Below, piece by piece: positions 18,630-28,276 of a stretch of 64,000 nt of DNA. Positions within the stretch are counted from its first letter, which is position 1. Each line of letters begins with the position of its first letter. Source of the DNA: a virus; the IMG/VR virus record IMGVR_UViG_3300020446_000006, positions 14,039 through 78,038 of that record. The stretch is one strand, 5' to 3'. Position numbers and translations under genes: made by a program. The notes below the pieces were generated by a model. It saw only the letters and a program-made list of their open reading frames with translations. It was not told where the DNA came from and did no database searches.

Positions 18630-19369
18630 GTAAAAAGTATTTGATAGCTTCTGGTTGCAGTTGGACTGATGCAAATTTTAGTTCAGAATTTGACCGGTCA
18701 ATAGATTGTAGTTGGCCTAAATGGCCAGAAATACTAGCAGGCAAATTGTGTATGAAGTCAATCAATTTAGGCTATAGTGGTTCAGGTCAGGAAGGAATAT
18801 ACTCTAGAGCACTAGACAAGATTTCTTCATTTGATCCAAAAGACATTGGACTTGTTATCGTTGGATGGTCACAGTGTCAAAGAAGAGATTTTGAATATGA
18901 ATTAATGCATGACAAAGACGAATCTCTTTGTTGGTCAAATGAAAGAGTCGACCCTAAGGGAGATCTATATTATTATATTCGAAGAACTCTTAGGTATATG
19001 TACAGTCTACAACAGGTCTGTGAAAGCTTAAATATACCATATAAACAATTTCAAATGATACCTTTATTTACACATTATATCTACCAAGCACGTGAGTATG
19101 GTATTAACTTTGATCATACAATTGGACATTTACGAAAAGCTATGCCTAATAGAATAGATGCTGTTGGCTATTTGGTGGAGTCACCTTATTGGGATTTAAT
19201 TAACAAAGAGAATTTTATAGGATGGCCGTTAATAGATGAGGGAAATGGATTCAATATTCAAGATAAATTTGTAAAAAATGATTTAGATTTGACTGTATCT
19301 AAAGAAGATGTACATCCTAACGAAAAAGGTCACAGGTTAATAGCAGAAAAAATTTATGAATATCTTTAG
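18626..19369 (+). CDS. SGNH/GDSL-like hydrolase or acyltransferase
   Basis: ASGCSWT (block I), NLGYSGSG (block II), DVHPNEKGH (block V). Confidence 0.75.
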   Translation: MSKKYLIASGCSWTDANFSSEFDRSIDCSWPKWPEILAGKLCMKSINLGYSGSGQEGIYSRALDKISSFDPKDIGLVIVGWSQCQRRDFEYELMHDKDESLCWSNERVDPKGDLYYYIRRTLRYMYSLQQVCESLNIPYKQFQMIPLFTHYIYQAREYGINFDHTIGHLRKAMPNRIDAVGYLVESPYWDLINKENFIGWPLIDEGNGFNIQDKFVKNDLDLTVSKEDVHPNEKGHRLIAEKIYEYL

Positions 19370-20846
19370 TATTGCACTCGGCCCACATGATCAAAATACA
19401 TATGATGGCTCTTTTCATAATCAAATAGAACGATTTAGTAGAAAAAAGCACAACGTACCATGGCATCATGACGTGTATCCACATCATTCTGAATTGACAA
19501 GAATGAACCGTGATGATAACAGATACATGATGAAGTTTTATAATGAGTATTGGAAACCAGAAGATCATGAAATCTTTTGTTTTACCACAACAGTCGGTGG
19601 TATGAAGATGCTTCGAAACGGTAATCAAAACATTGATCAAGATTTTTTAGATTTTAAACCAAAAAAACTGTGGGATTATTTTCGAAAAGATAACATATAC
19701 TATATCGATCATCATCAGTCGCATGCAGCATATGCCTTCTTATCTTCTTGCTTTACAGAGTCAGATATCTTATCGATTGACGGTCGAGGCTGGCATTATA
19801 ACTGCGTCTTCTTTGATAAGAACGGAAACATGACAGATCTATCTGATAAGATGGGTATCGGTATACTTTGGGATTATTTTTCGAAAGCAGTCGGGTTCGG
19901 TCCTCTTGGTGCTGGAAAGTTAATGGGTCTTGCTGCACATGGCAGTTATTCTCCTGAATTTCATATGATTATTGATTACTATTCGAATAATAATTTTAAT
20001 TTTCCTGAGTTTGATATATCGAAGTTTAAACAAGAAGACATCGCGTATACGCTACAGTATGCAACTCAAGAATTAGTTAATGAACATGTGATACCTTTAC
20101 AGTCATGTGATAATATATGTGTTGCTGGTGGCGTGGCATACAATGGCTATATGAATGAAGAGTTTACAAAGTACTACAGTGGTGTACATGTACCACCTGC
20201 ACCAGGAGATGAAGGACAATCACTTGGCACTTATATGCATGCCGATTATGTTCTAAATAAAAATAAACATGTGCCGAATGTGTATGCTGGAAAAGAATAT
20301 ACATTCGATGAAGGTGATGAGATTACTTCTCGAGAAGTTGCAGAAGCAATCGCAAATGGTAAAATTGTCGGTTGGTTTAACGGCAAATCCGAATCAGGTA
20401 ATCGAGCACTCGGCAATCGAAGTATACTTGCAGATCCTCGTAATCCGAATATCAAAGACATTATTAACCATACGATAAAACAAAGAGAAGATTTTAGACC
20501 ATTTGCTCCAGCAGTACTTGAGCATCATGCACAAACATTCTTTGACACAAATCAGCCAAGTCCTTATATGTCTCGTATCATGCCGGTAAAATCAGATAAA
20601 ATACCGGGTGTAACACATCTTGATAACACTGCGAGAATACAGACCGTAAGCCGTATACAAAATGAAAATTTCTATAGACTCATTGAAGACTTTTATCAAT
20701 ATACCGGCATGCCGATGTTATTGAATACGAGTTTTAATTGTAAAGAGCCGATAGTTGAAACGCCTGAAGATGCGATCAACACATTTAACAGAACTAAACT
20801 TGACATGTTGGTAATTAATGGACGTAGTGTGCGTAAAATGGGGTGA
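19356..20846 (+). CDS. Carbamoyltransferase (NodU/CmcH family)
   Basis: DHHQSHAAYAF, IDGRG, GKLMGLAAHG, AGGVAYN, PGDEGQSLG, GNRALGNRSILADP, KQREDFRPFAP, LNTSFN. Confidence 0.95.
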   Translation: MNIFSIALGPHDQNTYDGSFHNQIERFSRKKHNVPWHHDVYPHHSELTRMNRDDNRYMMKFYNEYWKPEDHEIFCFTTTVGGMKMLRNGNQNIDQDFLDFKPKKLWDYFRKDNIYYIDHHQSHAAYAFLSSCFTESDILSIDGRGWHYNCVFFDKNGNMTDLSDKMGIGILWDYFSKAVGFGPLGAGKLMGLAAHGSYSPEFHMIIDYYSNNNFNFPEFDISKFKQEDIAYTLQYATQELVNEHVIPLQSCDNICVAGGVAYNGYMNEEFTKYYSGVHVPPAPGDEGQSLGTYMHADYVLNKNKHVPNVYAGKEYTFDEGDEITSREVAEAIANGKIVGWFNGKSESGNRALGNRSILADPRNPNIKDIINHTIKQREDFRPFAPAVLEHHAQTFFDTNQPSPYMSRIMPVKSDKIPGVTHLDNTARIQTVSRIQNENFYRLIEDFYQYTGMPMLLNTSFNCKEPIVETPEDAINTFNRTKLDMLVINGRSVRKMG

Positions 20847-21492
20847 CAAGTTTAGTCACGAGCATGTCAATCGATTGTATCGAATGGTATGTAAAAACTT
20901 TCATACTGATTTTAGATTTGTATGTCATACAGATAATCCTGAAGGGATACATAATGACGTACACATTATACCTTTGCCAGACTATGATCTCGAAAAGTGG
21001 TGGTGGAAATTAGCGCTATTCGAAAACATTTCAGAAACTCAAATATATTTAGATTTAGATGTCATAATACAAAAAGACTTTACACATTTTCAAGATTATG
21101 TCGTAGAAGATAAATTATGTTTAGTAAAAGCATATTGGAAACCATATGTAAGTGATGTAAAGTTTGAATTCGATGTCGATATCAATTCATCTATTATGAT
21201 ATGGAAAGGCGATCTTCGACATATATGGAAAGATTACGATGTAGAATACTGCAAATTTAAATATGAAGGAATAGATAGATATCTTTACTATGACAAAGGT
21301 GAACATTTAGTGTATATACCAGAAGGTGAATTATATTCTCGTAGATATGGTTTAGATTGGGAAAACTTTAATTTATTTGGGCTCGAAGATAAATTATACA
21401 AAGACGAAGACAAAACAATCTGTATCTTTGATGGGTGGAAATTAAGATTTGGAGATGAGGCATATGATGGATTCGAAGAATACTATAATTGA
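20818..21492 (+). CDS. GT-A fold glycosyltransferase
   Basis: VCVKWGDKF..EHVNRLY..V, WWWKLALF, YLDLDVII (DxD), INSSIMIW. Confidence 0.75.
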   Translation: MDVVCVKWGDKFSHEHVNRLYRMVCKNFHTDFRFVCHTDNPEGIHNDVHIIPLPDYDLEKWWWKLALFENISETQIYLDLDVIIQKDFTHFQDYVVEDKLCLVKAYWKPYVSDVKFEFDVDINSSIMIWKGDLRHIWKDYDVEYCKFKYEGIDRYLYYDKGEHLVYIPEGELYSRRYGLDWENFNLFGLEDKLYKDEDKTICIFDGWKLRFGDEAYDGFEEYYN

Positions 21493-22153
21493 TCCTATAT
21501 ATTTTAATGTCTGGTGGGAAGCAATACAAAAAGGCTATGACGCTAAGACTTTGTTGTATAGTATAGGCCCTGATCAGTTAGAATCAAAAAACCATTTGTT
21601 TAAATTGTTAACAACACCATTGCCTGGAAAAAGAGAATACTGTCCTGCTACAGAATTATATTACAAAAAAGATCTACATATACAGATTTATGGCGGCTGG
21701 TTTGGATATCCTTTAATTGACATGCTTGTTGATACCTTTTCAAATATATCTAGAATTACTAATATCGATATAGACTCGAAAGCTTTAGATCTTTGTAGGA
21801 AATTTACTGTGGAAAAAAATCTAAGTGATATAGTATTTTTTAAAGAAAGAAATGTTGCTGATATTATTGAGACATCACATAATAAAGACAGAGACATTCG
21901 ACTTGTAATTAACACATCATCTGAACATATGCCCGATTTACCTGTATTGATACAAAATAAAACATATACAGATAATTGTGTCTTTGCGCTACAAAGTAAT
22001 AATATGTTTCATGTTGTAGATCAACATATAAATTGTTCTAACAGTTTAAACGAATTTGTAGAGAAAACAGGACTGACAAAAATATTTGTTGCTGACACAT
22101 ATAAAATGCAGAATGGTTATGAGAGATATACTGTTATAGGAAATCATGAATAG
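21464..22153 (+). CDS. Class I SAM-dependent methyltransferase-like protein
   Basis: IYGGWFG (motif I-like), NIDID, VINTSSEHM, ALQSNNM, HINC. Confidence 0.6.
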   Translation: MMDSKNTIIDPIYFNVWWEAIQKGYDAKTLLYSIGPDQLESKNHLFKLLTTPLPGKREYCPATELYYKKDLHIQIYGGWFGYPLIDMLVDTFSNISRITNIDIDSKALDLCRKFTVEKNLSDIVFFKERNVADIIETSHNKDRDIRLVINTSSEHMPDLPVLIQNKTYTDNCVFALQSNNMFHVVDQHINCSNSLNEFVEKTGLTKIFVADTYKMQNGYERYTVIGNHE

Positions 22154-22991
22154 AACAATCATAAGTCTTTATATTGACATACCAAAAGAAAACCTGGTAT
22201 CTCATCATGAATCAAAACTGAAGTTTAACGATAACCACGCCTGGCTCGTAGATAAACAAGAAGAGTATGCAGATAAAATCGGTGTAGATTTTTCTCATTT
22301 CGAATATGAAGATGGCTATGAGGAATATCGTGATTGGTTTCAAAAAGAATATCCTGAAGTTTCTGAATATAACATAGTAAATTTCTTTAAGATCAAATTA
22401 CTATATGATATGACTGAGTTATATGATGAGATTCTGTATCTTGACATTGATGTGATTCCTGTAACAAATGAAAACTTCTTTGATGTGTTTGATTTAAACA
22501 AAGGATTCGCCATACTGACAGGAACTGCAAGATCGCAAAGAGCATGGATTAATCCACTAACAGAGGCTGTAGTAGGCAGACATGGAGTAAGATCTCCTTT
22601 AGCAAAATATTGGAATACCAAATTAATGTTATCGATGGAAGGTCATAGTAGAGATTCTGAAGTATTCAATACAGGTATTATCGGCATTACTAGTAAGCAA
22701 CTTAAAGAACTTGACTATTTTTCAGAATTTAGATCATTACTTGATTATATGACAGAGATACAAAACAATAGTGAGATACCCGATAACCTCAGAAAGCTGT
22801 GTGGTTACGATAACGAGACGATATGGGGCTACAAAACTTTACTTAAAAATCTTTCTTATCAGGAGCTCGGTGAGTATTGGCATGTGTTTATGGATAACCA
22901 TAGCTTTGTACCAGAAAAAGCAAAGTTGGTGCACTGTGTAAATAAAGATTTTGATTATGTGAGAAACTGGTGTGAAAAGAATAATATTTAG
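22146..22991 (+). CDS. GT-A fold glycosyltransferase (GT8/GT34-like)
   Basis: YADKIGVDF, YDEILYLDIDV (DxD), FNTGIIG, YDNET, WH, LVH. Confidence 0.72.
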   Translation: MNRTIISLYIDIPKENLVSHHESKLKFNDNHAWLVDKQEEYADKIGVDFSHFEYEDGYEEYRDWFQKEYPEVSEYNIVNFFKIKLLYDMTELYDEILYLDIDVIPVTNENFFDVFDLNKGFAILTGTARSQRAWINPLTEAVVGRHGVRSPLAKYWNTKLMLSMEGHSRDSEVFNTGIIGITSKQLKELDYFSEFRSLLDYMTEIQNNSEIPDNLRKLCGYDNETIWGYKTLLKNLSYQELGEYWHVFMDNHSFVPEKAKLVHCVNKDFDYVRNWCEKNNI

Positions 22992-23568
22992 CATATGGCA
23001 AGACACAGACTGGCGTGACTATAAAGATCTGTTAGTAAACAAGCAACGAGAATACGCAGAGTTTTGTGATGCCGATTATCATTGTATCGAGTATGACAGC
23101 TTTGAGTTTAGTCGATTACAGTTCGAAAAACTTAACTGGGCAGATCATTATTTAGATTTTTATGATGAAGTATTATATCTCGATTTAGATGTAATACCTC
23201 GAAAGAACATGTCATTCTTTGAAAAACATGATCTCAATACATTTTGTGTTCATTATACAATGAAGCCTGATTGGAAGATTAAAGCGAAAAACGATGCGCT
23301 AGGCTATCAAGGTAAGAATAAGATTGCAAATACAGGTGTTTTTGGTTTAAATCAAAATCTTAAGGGTATGCTAACAAAGGAACATAACTTCGATAACAAC
23401 GAAGTTTTTGTATCATACCTAATTGAAAAGGATAAAATCCCTTGCACTGAAATTTCAGGTGCGTGGAACTTTATCCTTGATAAAAATTATCGTAAGTATA
23501 GTGAAGCTCACTATTTCTTACATGTATCTAATAAAGATTTTATTTCCTACCCGCTAGAGCGATACTAA
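22972..23568 (+). CDS. GT-A fold glycosyltransferase (paralogue of 22146..22991)
   Basis: YAEFCDADY, YDEVLYLDLDV, ANTGVFG, DNNE, WN, FLH..NKDF. Confidence 0.7.
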   Translation: MKRIIFSIWQDTDWRDYKDLLVNKQREYAEFCDADYHCIEYDSFEFSRLQFEKLNWADHYLDFYDEVLYLDLDVIPRKNMSFFEKHDLNTFCVHYTMKPDWKIKAKNDALGYQGKNKIANTGVFGLNQNLKGMLTKEHNFDNNEVFVSYLIEKDKIPCTEISGAWNFILDKNYRKYSEAHYFLHVSNKDFISYPLERY

Positions 23569-24040
23569 GAGCGGCATGAGTTGCTTCCATAAAATCTTTA
23601 GACTTACGAAGTGCTGCCTTCGCATCACGATTTTCTGATTCTTTAATAATCGGTTGCTCGAATAGTTGAAGCTTATATAAGAACAAGGCTTCTTTATCTT
23701 TTTTAGAATTAAAATCATATGTAAGAAGCGTCTTAGAGACCTCTTGCCAAAAGTCATTTGTAAATGTTTTACCGTCGTAAAGAATACCTAGATCAGTTGC
23801 AGTTTTTATAGCCATCGACTGAAATGCTTGGGTTTGTAACTTAATATTCTTATATGTTTGTTCGTGTAAATCATCTAAAGTTATAAGCTCTAGAAGTTCA
23901 GTATAATGTGGATTGTCATCTTCTGCAACAATGTGAAAAGGTATGGTTCTCATATCATCTTGGTGTTGCCACAAAGATTCGATAACTGTTCTATTATCGT
24001 CAATAAAGTATGCATTTAAAAATTTTGCGTTTTCAACCAT
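23540..24040 (-). CDS. Hypothetical protein (last gene of the baseplate transcript)
   Basis: 166 aa ORF coupled to 24040..24981; overlaps the cassette end convergently. Confidence 0.6.
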   Translation of the reverse strand: MVENAKFLNAYFIDDNRTVIESLWQHQDDMRTIPFHIVAEDDNPHYTELLELITLDDLHEQTYKNIKLQTQAFQSMAIKTATDLGILYDGKTFTNDFWQEVSKTLLTYDFNSKKDKEALFLYKLQLFEQPIIKESENRDAKAALRKSKDFMEATHAALSIALAGRK

Positions 24041-24981
24041 TATGTTCTCTCCACTTTTAGCGAGTATGTTGTGTCTGTGTTAATCGTGCCGCTAGGCTGA
24101 AGCTGTGAAATGTATTCGTCTGGATCTGTATCGCTCGGATCTGTTACTCGATCTGCTTGAGTCGAGCTTTCAAAAAATGTATCAATCATAACAGATCCTT
24201 TTGTTGTTCCGGAACCATTAATATTAAACCGAAGCATATAACCAGGTTCAGCATAAATGTAATGACGAATCAATCTTTGGAAGTATGTATCAAACTCTGT
24301 AGTTGTCATATGTCTTAATCCGACAGTTCCGTCAATAATCAAAGGTGTACGATAGGTTTGTGCAAATCCTTTAATTCTTTTTAAATAATAAGTGTTGATT
24401 GTATTTGTATTTGTGAACTGTTCGCCTGCTCCGGTAAGCAAAGGATAATTGCCAAACCCAACAGATCTTGTATCTGTATAAACAATTCCTAAGTTGTCTT
24501 GATTTGATTCAGATAGCGTTGTACTAATACGATAAGAACCTGCTGCTAATGCCACAAAATTATTTCCAGTTACCATACCACTTACTACAGGATCGATAAA
24601 TGTATCGACAACATCTTGTTCAGTCATTTCATGAACGCCATTATTGCCATCAACTCGCACAGGCTTTAGTGTATAAGCCGGCTTTGTTTCTGTAGTATCA
24701 AAGCTTTGTTGTATTTTATCATAAAATACATCATCTATAACAACAGGGTCTGTAGCTGTACCAAAGGCTGTATCACTTAAATCCGCGGATGTGCCAGTAA
24801 AATATCTTCGATCTCTCATCTGTGGTGAGATACTTCCACCTGAAGACACAACAACAAGAGATACAGTTGGATTAGAGTAATATAGATAACCAATCTGTCT
24901 AAGTTGTTTTTGATATTCACTAGATGTACATTCTTTAATTCTAATATTGTTATCTGATACTAGAGGTCGATAAACTGTCAT
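24040..24981 (-). CDS. Virion structural protein
   Basis: Internal duplicated EMT/HMT and M.D(R/T) motifs; S/T/G-rich; located within the structural module. Confidence 0.55.
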   Translation of the reverse strand: MTVYRPLVSDNNIRIKECTSSEYQKQLRQIGYLYYSNPTVSLVVVSSGGSISPQMRDRRYFTGTSADLSDTAFGTATDPVVIDDVFYDKIQQSFDTTETKPAYTLKPVRVDGNNGVHEMTEQDVVDTFIDPVVSGMVTGNNFVALAAGSYRISTTLSESNQDNLGIVYTDTRSVGFGNYPLLTGAGEQFTNTNTINTYYLKRIKGFAQTYRTPLIIDGTVGLRHMTTTEFDTYFQRLIRHYIYAEPGYMLRFNINGSGTTKGSVMIDTFFESSTQADRVTDPSDTDPDEYISQLQPSGTINTDTTYSLKVERT

Positions 24982-24991
24982 AATAAAACCT

Positions 24992-25669
24992 TTATGCTAC
25001 TGTTGGATCGTTACTCGTAGATAAAAAATATCCGTCTAATACTATAGTTCCGGTTTCATCTTTTACTGTAAATCGCTTTGCATTATCAAGTTCATATCGA
25101 TCGCTATCCATAATTAATTTTGTAACTTCTAAATTTGTTATGGTTGCACTATCAATCACTGCGCTATCGATATCTGCAAACCCAGCTGTCAAACGATTTA
25201 CTCTTGCCGAATCAATTGCCAAAGATGTAATTGTTGCATTTGAAATTGTGGCGCTATCAATAGTTAGAATTGCTCCTGGATCTACGCCGATACTATCGAC
25301 ATTAATTGTTGCAAATCTTGCACTATCTGCAGTCATCAGTCCGGTTACGTCTAGATTCCGAATAGTCGCTGAGTCTATCGTAGCACTGTCTGCTGTGAGA
25401 GTACCAACTCGAAGTCTTTTAAAGGTTGCAGAATCTCCGTCAAATCCTGTAACTAGCAATGTGCCTGGAGGAGTACCGAATAGTTTATTGTTAATACTAT
25501 CAAAACTTATAGCCAACTGATTCATAGCAGAAACTAAGTTTGAATCTGAATTTAGAAAAAAGGCAGCATCTAAATCATCAAGATCGCCCATAAAATCAGA
25601 CATGAGATTTGTCTTGGCCATAAAGGTGCCAATTGCATCTACGAGATCTACGTGTATTTTTCTAGCCAT
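24992..25669 (-). CDS. Fibre-like structural protein with IDSA repeats
   Basis: MARK..DL...K.N.MSD..GDLDDLD N-terminus; repeated beta-type (I/A)DSAT(I). Confidence 0.6.
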   Translation of the reverse strand: MARKIHVDLVDAIGTFMAKTNLMSDFMGDLDDLDAAFFLNSDSNLVSAMNQLAISFDSINNKLFGTPPGTLLVTGFDGDSATFKRLRVGTLTADSATIDSATIRNLDVTGLMTADSARFATINVDSIGVDPGAILTIDSATISNATITSLAIDSARVNRLTAGFADIDSAVIDSATITNLEVTKLIMDSDRYELDNAKRFTVKDETGTIVLDGYFLSTSNDPTVA

Positions 25670-25680
25670 TTTGTATTCCT

Positions 25681-26502
25681 TTAGATACTATCTATATCGA
25701 GTTGGATAGCCGCAAAATAATTTTCTGTACTTGTTGAATCAGTTAATAAGAAAGGCCTTGCGTGTTGAAATGTAATCGGTCCTTGAGAATCATTTAAAGT
25801 CAATCGTTTAACTCCTGTTGTACCGATTGTCGCCTTTGTAATATTAACACCTGAATCGCCACCACTATCCGATATAAACTGACCAATAGTAATTTTACTT
25901 AATACTAATGCACTGTCAACTGTAACATCTTCACCTTTCATTGACAAATTTTTAAATCTTATAGTACTAGTACTATCAAGAGCAGTAAGCCTTCCTATGA
26001 CTCCGCTGTCTCCAACATACAAGCGAGTCATAGACATACTGTCTGGATAATTATCTAATTCTATTACAGTTAAATTTCTAAATCTGGTACTGTCAGAGAA
26101 ATAATCATGACTGATACCACCATCAGAATCACCGAACCATAAATTTGCTGCTTGCCCTTGAAAATCACCGGGACCTGGCATAGCGCTATCATAATTGTAT
26201 AAAGACCTAACTGTAATTTTATCAAACTTGCCAGAGTCTGCACCGATTTTTGCTTTAAATCCAGTGATCTTTTCGGTACCATTAATTAAGCCATCAAGTA
26301 TGTTTTTAAGATTATCAGCAAAGAGATTCATGCCGCTGACGAGATTTGAATCTCGATCAATTAGACCTGAATAAGGTGGATCTCCAGGATCAAATGTAGT
26401 ATCAAGATCATCTAGATCTCCGATATAATCGGACATCTCGTTGACTTTTTGTCTCCATACGTCAATTGTATTTGCTAAATTGATTGTGACTTTACGTGCC
26501 AT
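25681..26502 (-). CDS. Fibre-like structural protein (paralogue of 24992..25669)
   Basis: NTIDVWRQKVNE..YIGDLDDLD N-terminus, DSNLVS.MN shared with the neighbour. Confidence 0.6.
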   Translation of the reverse strand: MARKVTINLANTIDVWRQKVNEMSDYIGDLDDLDTTFDPGDPPYSGLIDRDSNLVSGMNLFADNLKNILDGLINGTEKITGFKAKIGADSGKFDKITVRSLYNYDSAMPGPGDFQGQAANLWFGDSDGGISHDYFSDSTRFRNLTVIELDNYPDSMSMTRLYVGDSGVIGRLTALDSTSTIRFKNLSMKGEDVTVDSALVLSKITIGQFISDSGGDSGVNITKATIGTTGVKRLTLNDSQGPITFQHARPFLLTDSTSTENYFAAIQLDIDSI

Positions 26503-26702
26503 TATAACTTCTCTAAGATCTGTTTCATCATATGTTTGAGCTCAGACACGTCAGTCTTTAACTCTTGGAGTTCCGCCTGTTTTTCTTTCCATGCCTTCTT
26601 TCTGGCTCTTGCTGCTTCTATCTCTGTCGAGTTTGTATTCAATACAACACCGTCTTCATTTTTAATTAGGCCTTGATGGCCGTCAACATTTTTCCATTTC
26701 AT
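26502..26702 (-). CDS. Small conserved coiled-coil protein following the DUF4815/VrlC gene
   Basis: VDGHQGLIK..GVVLNTN...LKTDVSELK.MMKQIL; typical position in T4-like marine phages. Confidence 0.7.
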   Translation of the reverse strand: MKWKNVDGHQGLIKNEDGVVLNTNSTEIEAARARKKAWKEKQAELQELKTDVSELKHMMKQILEKL

Positions 26703-28276
26703 TATACACTCAATGCGATCGCTCTTAAATCCTTAATAATCGGTACCTTTGCTGAATTTGTTGATGTCATTACAATTTTAAGCTGAAACTTTGTAAATGC
26801 AGGAAGCTGGCCACCCTGTCCGCCAATTAGATATTCATATTCTCTAAAGACGTTTTGATTTTCATCAGGAGGATTGTTTCCTTCTTCTGCTACATATGTC
26901 CATTGTTGTACATTAATTGCATCTGTTTCAGTCGCAACTCTCCAATACAATTTCAAACCTGCTGCTTTAGGTCTATGTGCTGTAATAAAGACTTTAAGTC
27001 CTACTGCTGAATTTGCGAGTGTTGTAACTTTAGTAATATGCTTTGCCGCAGAAGACCCGCGCTTTGCATCTTCTTCATCTACAAAACTCATTGGAACATT
27101 AAATCCACTTGTTGCAGCAGAGTCTTGATTGTCAATAATGTTATCTACTAGAGTAAGAGAAGATCTTTGTAAATCAATCATAGGAGCAACAAACTCATTG
27201 TCTGTTGCCATTCCCATTCTCATTGTTGCAGTTTTTGCTCCTACAGCAATTTCATCTTCTGCAATGCTGTCACATGCAACTACATAGTTATGCTCTAAAG
27301 CATAGTTATTTTTGTTAAGATTGATTGATGTAAATCCTGCATCAACCTGATAAGGTGATTCGGTACCAGCAAATGACTTACCACTAGTGCCTTTATATGA
27401 AGCAAAGACATTTGTGCCGTTTGGTTTTAGTAAAGATATGTGTGGCCAAACAAGTGAGTACGGAATATTCTTTGTGCTTTCGACCAAAGATCCTCCACCA
27501 ATAGCACTTGAATCTGCTGTTGAGTTTGCTTTAAATTCAAATCCACTCGCATCTATCTTTGTAATTGTATGATCACCGTTAACTGTTAAACCACCAACTG
27601 TCGCAGCACCGGTAATTGAGACTGTATCATTTACTTGCAAGCCGTGATTTATATTAGTGACTCTGACATCACTATCACCTGCAAACGTTTGAATCGGATT
27701 TGGATTTAGAAGTTTGCGTGGAACACTGGCATTATTTAAGAAAGCCGTAGCAGATCCTGGTGTAAACTTCGCTCTTATTAATTCAAATTTAAGATCTTGT
27801 TTTTGATCGGCAGAAAATGTAGCACCGTTTTGAGAGTAGAATAAAGAACCAAGATTAGGATTAATATTTACTCGAGCAGAGGCGGAACCTATAATTTGCT
27901 CATCGATCTCTGAAATATAAATCTCATATTCTGGTGTTTCTGCATATACAACAATAGCAAAATCTGATAGACCCTTCAGATAAATAGGCTCATCGAATTC
28001 AAATGTTGTTGCAACAGTCGCATCAGCAGAAGTATTTACATCGCTATACTCGACATAGACTGTGGATCCAGGTACAATCTCCACATCAGAAGGCATGCCG
28101 TTTCTCATCGGTCTAAGGTGTAAAGAAACAGGAAGCTGTAAGTTGGCTGTTGGCGTAAATGTAGATGCAAAATAGAGATTTATTTTTGTTGCATATATAC
28201 CTCGAGCCTCGTCAACATAGAAAGACTGAGCAATTGGATTTTTATTTCTCTTATAACCGAGACTATTTAAGGACAT
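26702..28276 (-). CDS. DUF4815/VrlC-like virion protein, C-terminal part
   Basis: PIAQSF...TKINLYF, GSLFYSQNGATF..DQ.QDLKF, APMIDL, FREYEY, FQLKIVM.S.NSA.VP.IKDLRAIAL. Confidence 0.8.
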   Translation of the reverse strand: MSLNSLGYKRNKNPIAQSFYVDEARGIYATKINLYFASTFTPTANLQLPVSLHLRPMRNGMPSDVEIVPGSTVYVEYSDVNTSADATVATTFEFDEPIYLKGLSDFAIVVYAETPEYEIYISEIDEQIIGSASARVNINPNLGSLFYSQNGATFSADQKQDLKFELIRAKFTPGSATAFLNNASVPRKLLNPNPIQTFAGDSDVRVTNINHGLQVNDTVSITGAATVGGLTVNGDHTITKIDASGFEFKANSTADSSAIGGGSLVESTKNIPYSLVWPHISLLKPNGTNVFASYKGTSGKSFAGTESPYQVDAGFTSINLNKNNYALEHNYVVACDSIAEDEIAVGAKTATMRMGMATDNEFVAPMIDLQRSSLTLVDNIIDNQDSAATSGFNVPMSFVDEEDAKRGSSAAKHITKVTTLANSAVGLKVFITAHRPKAAGLKLYWRVATETDAINVQQWTYVAEEGNNPPDENQNVFREYEYLIGGQGGQLPAFTKFQLKIVMTSTNSAKVPIIKDLRAIALSV

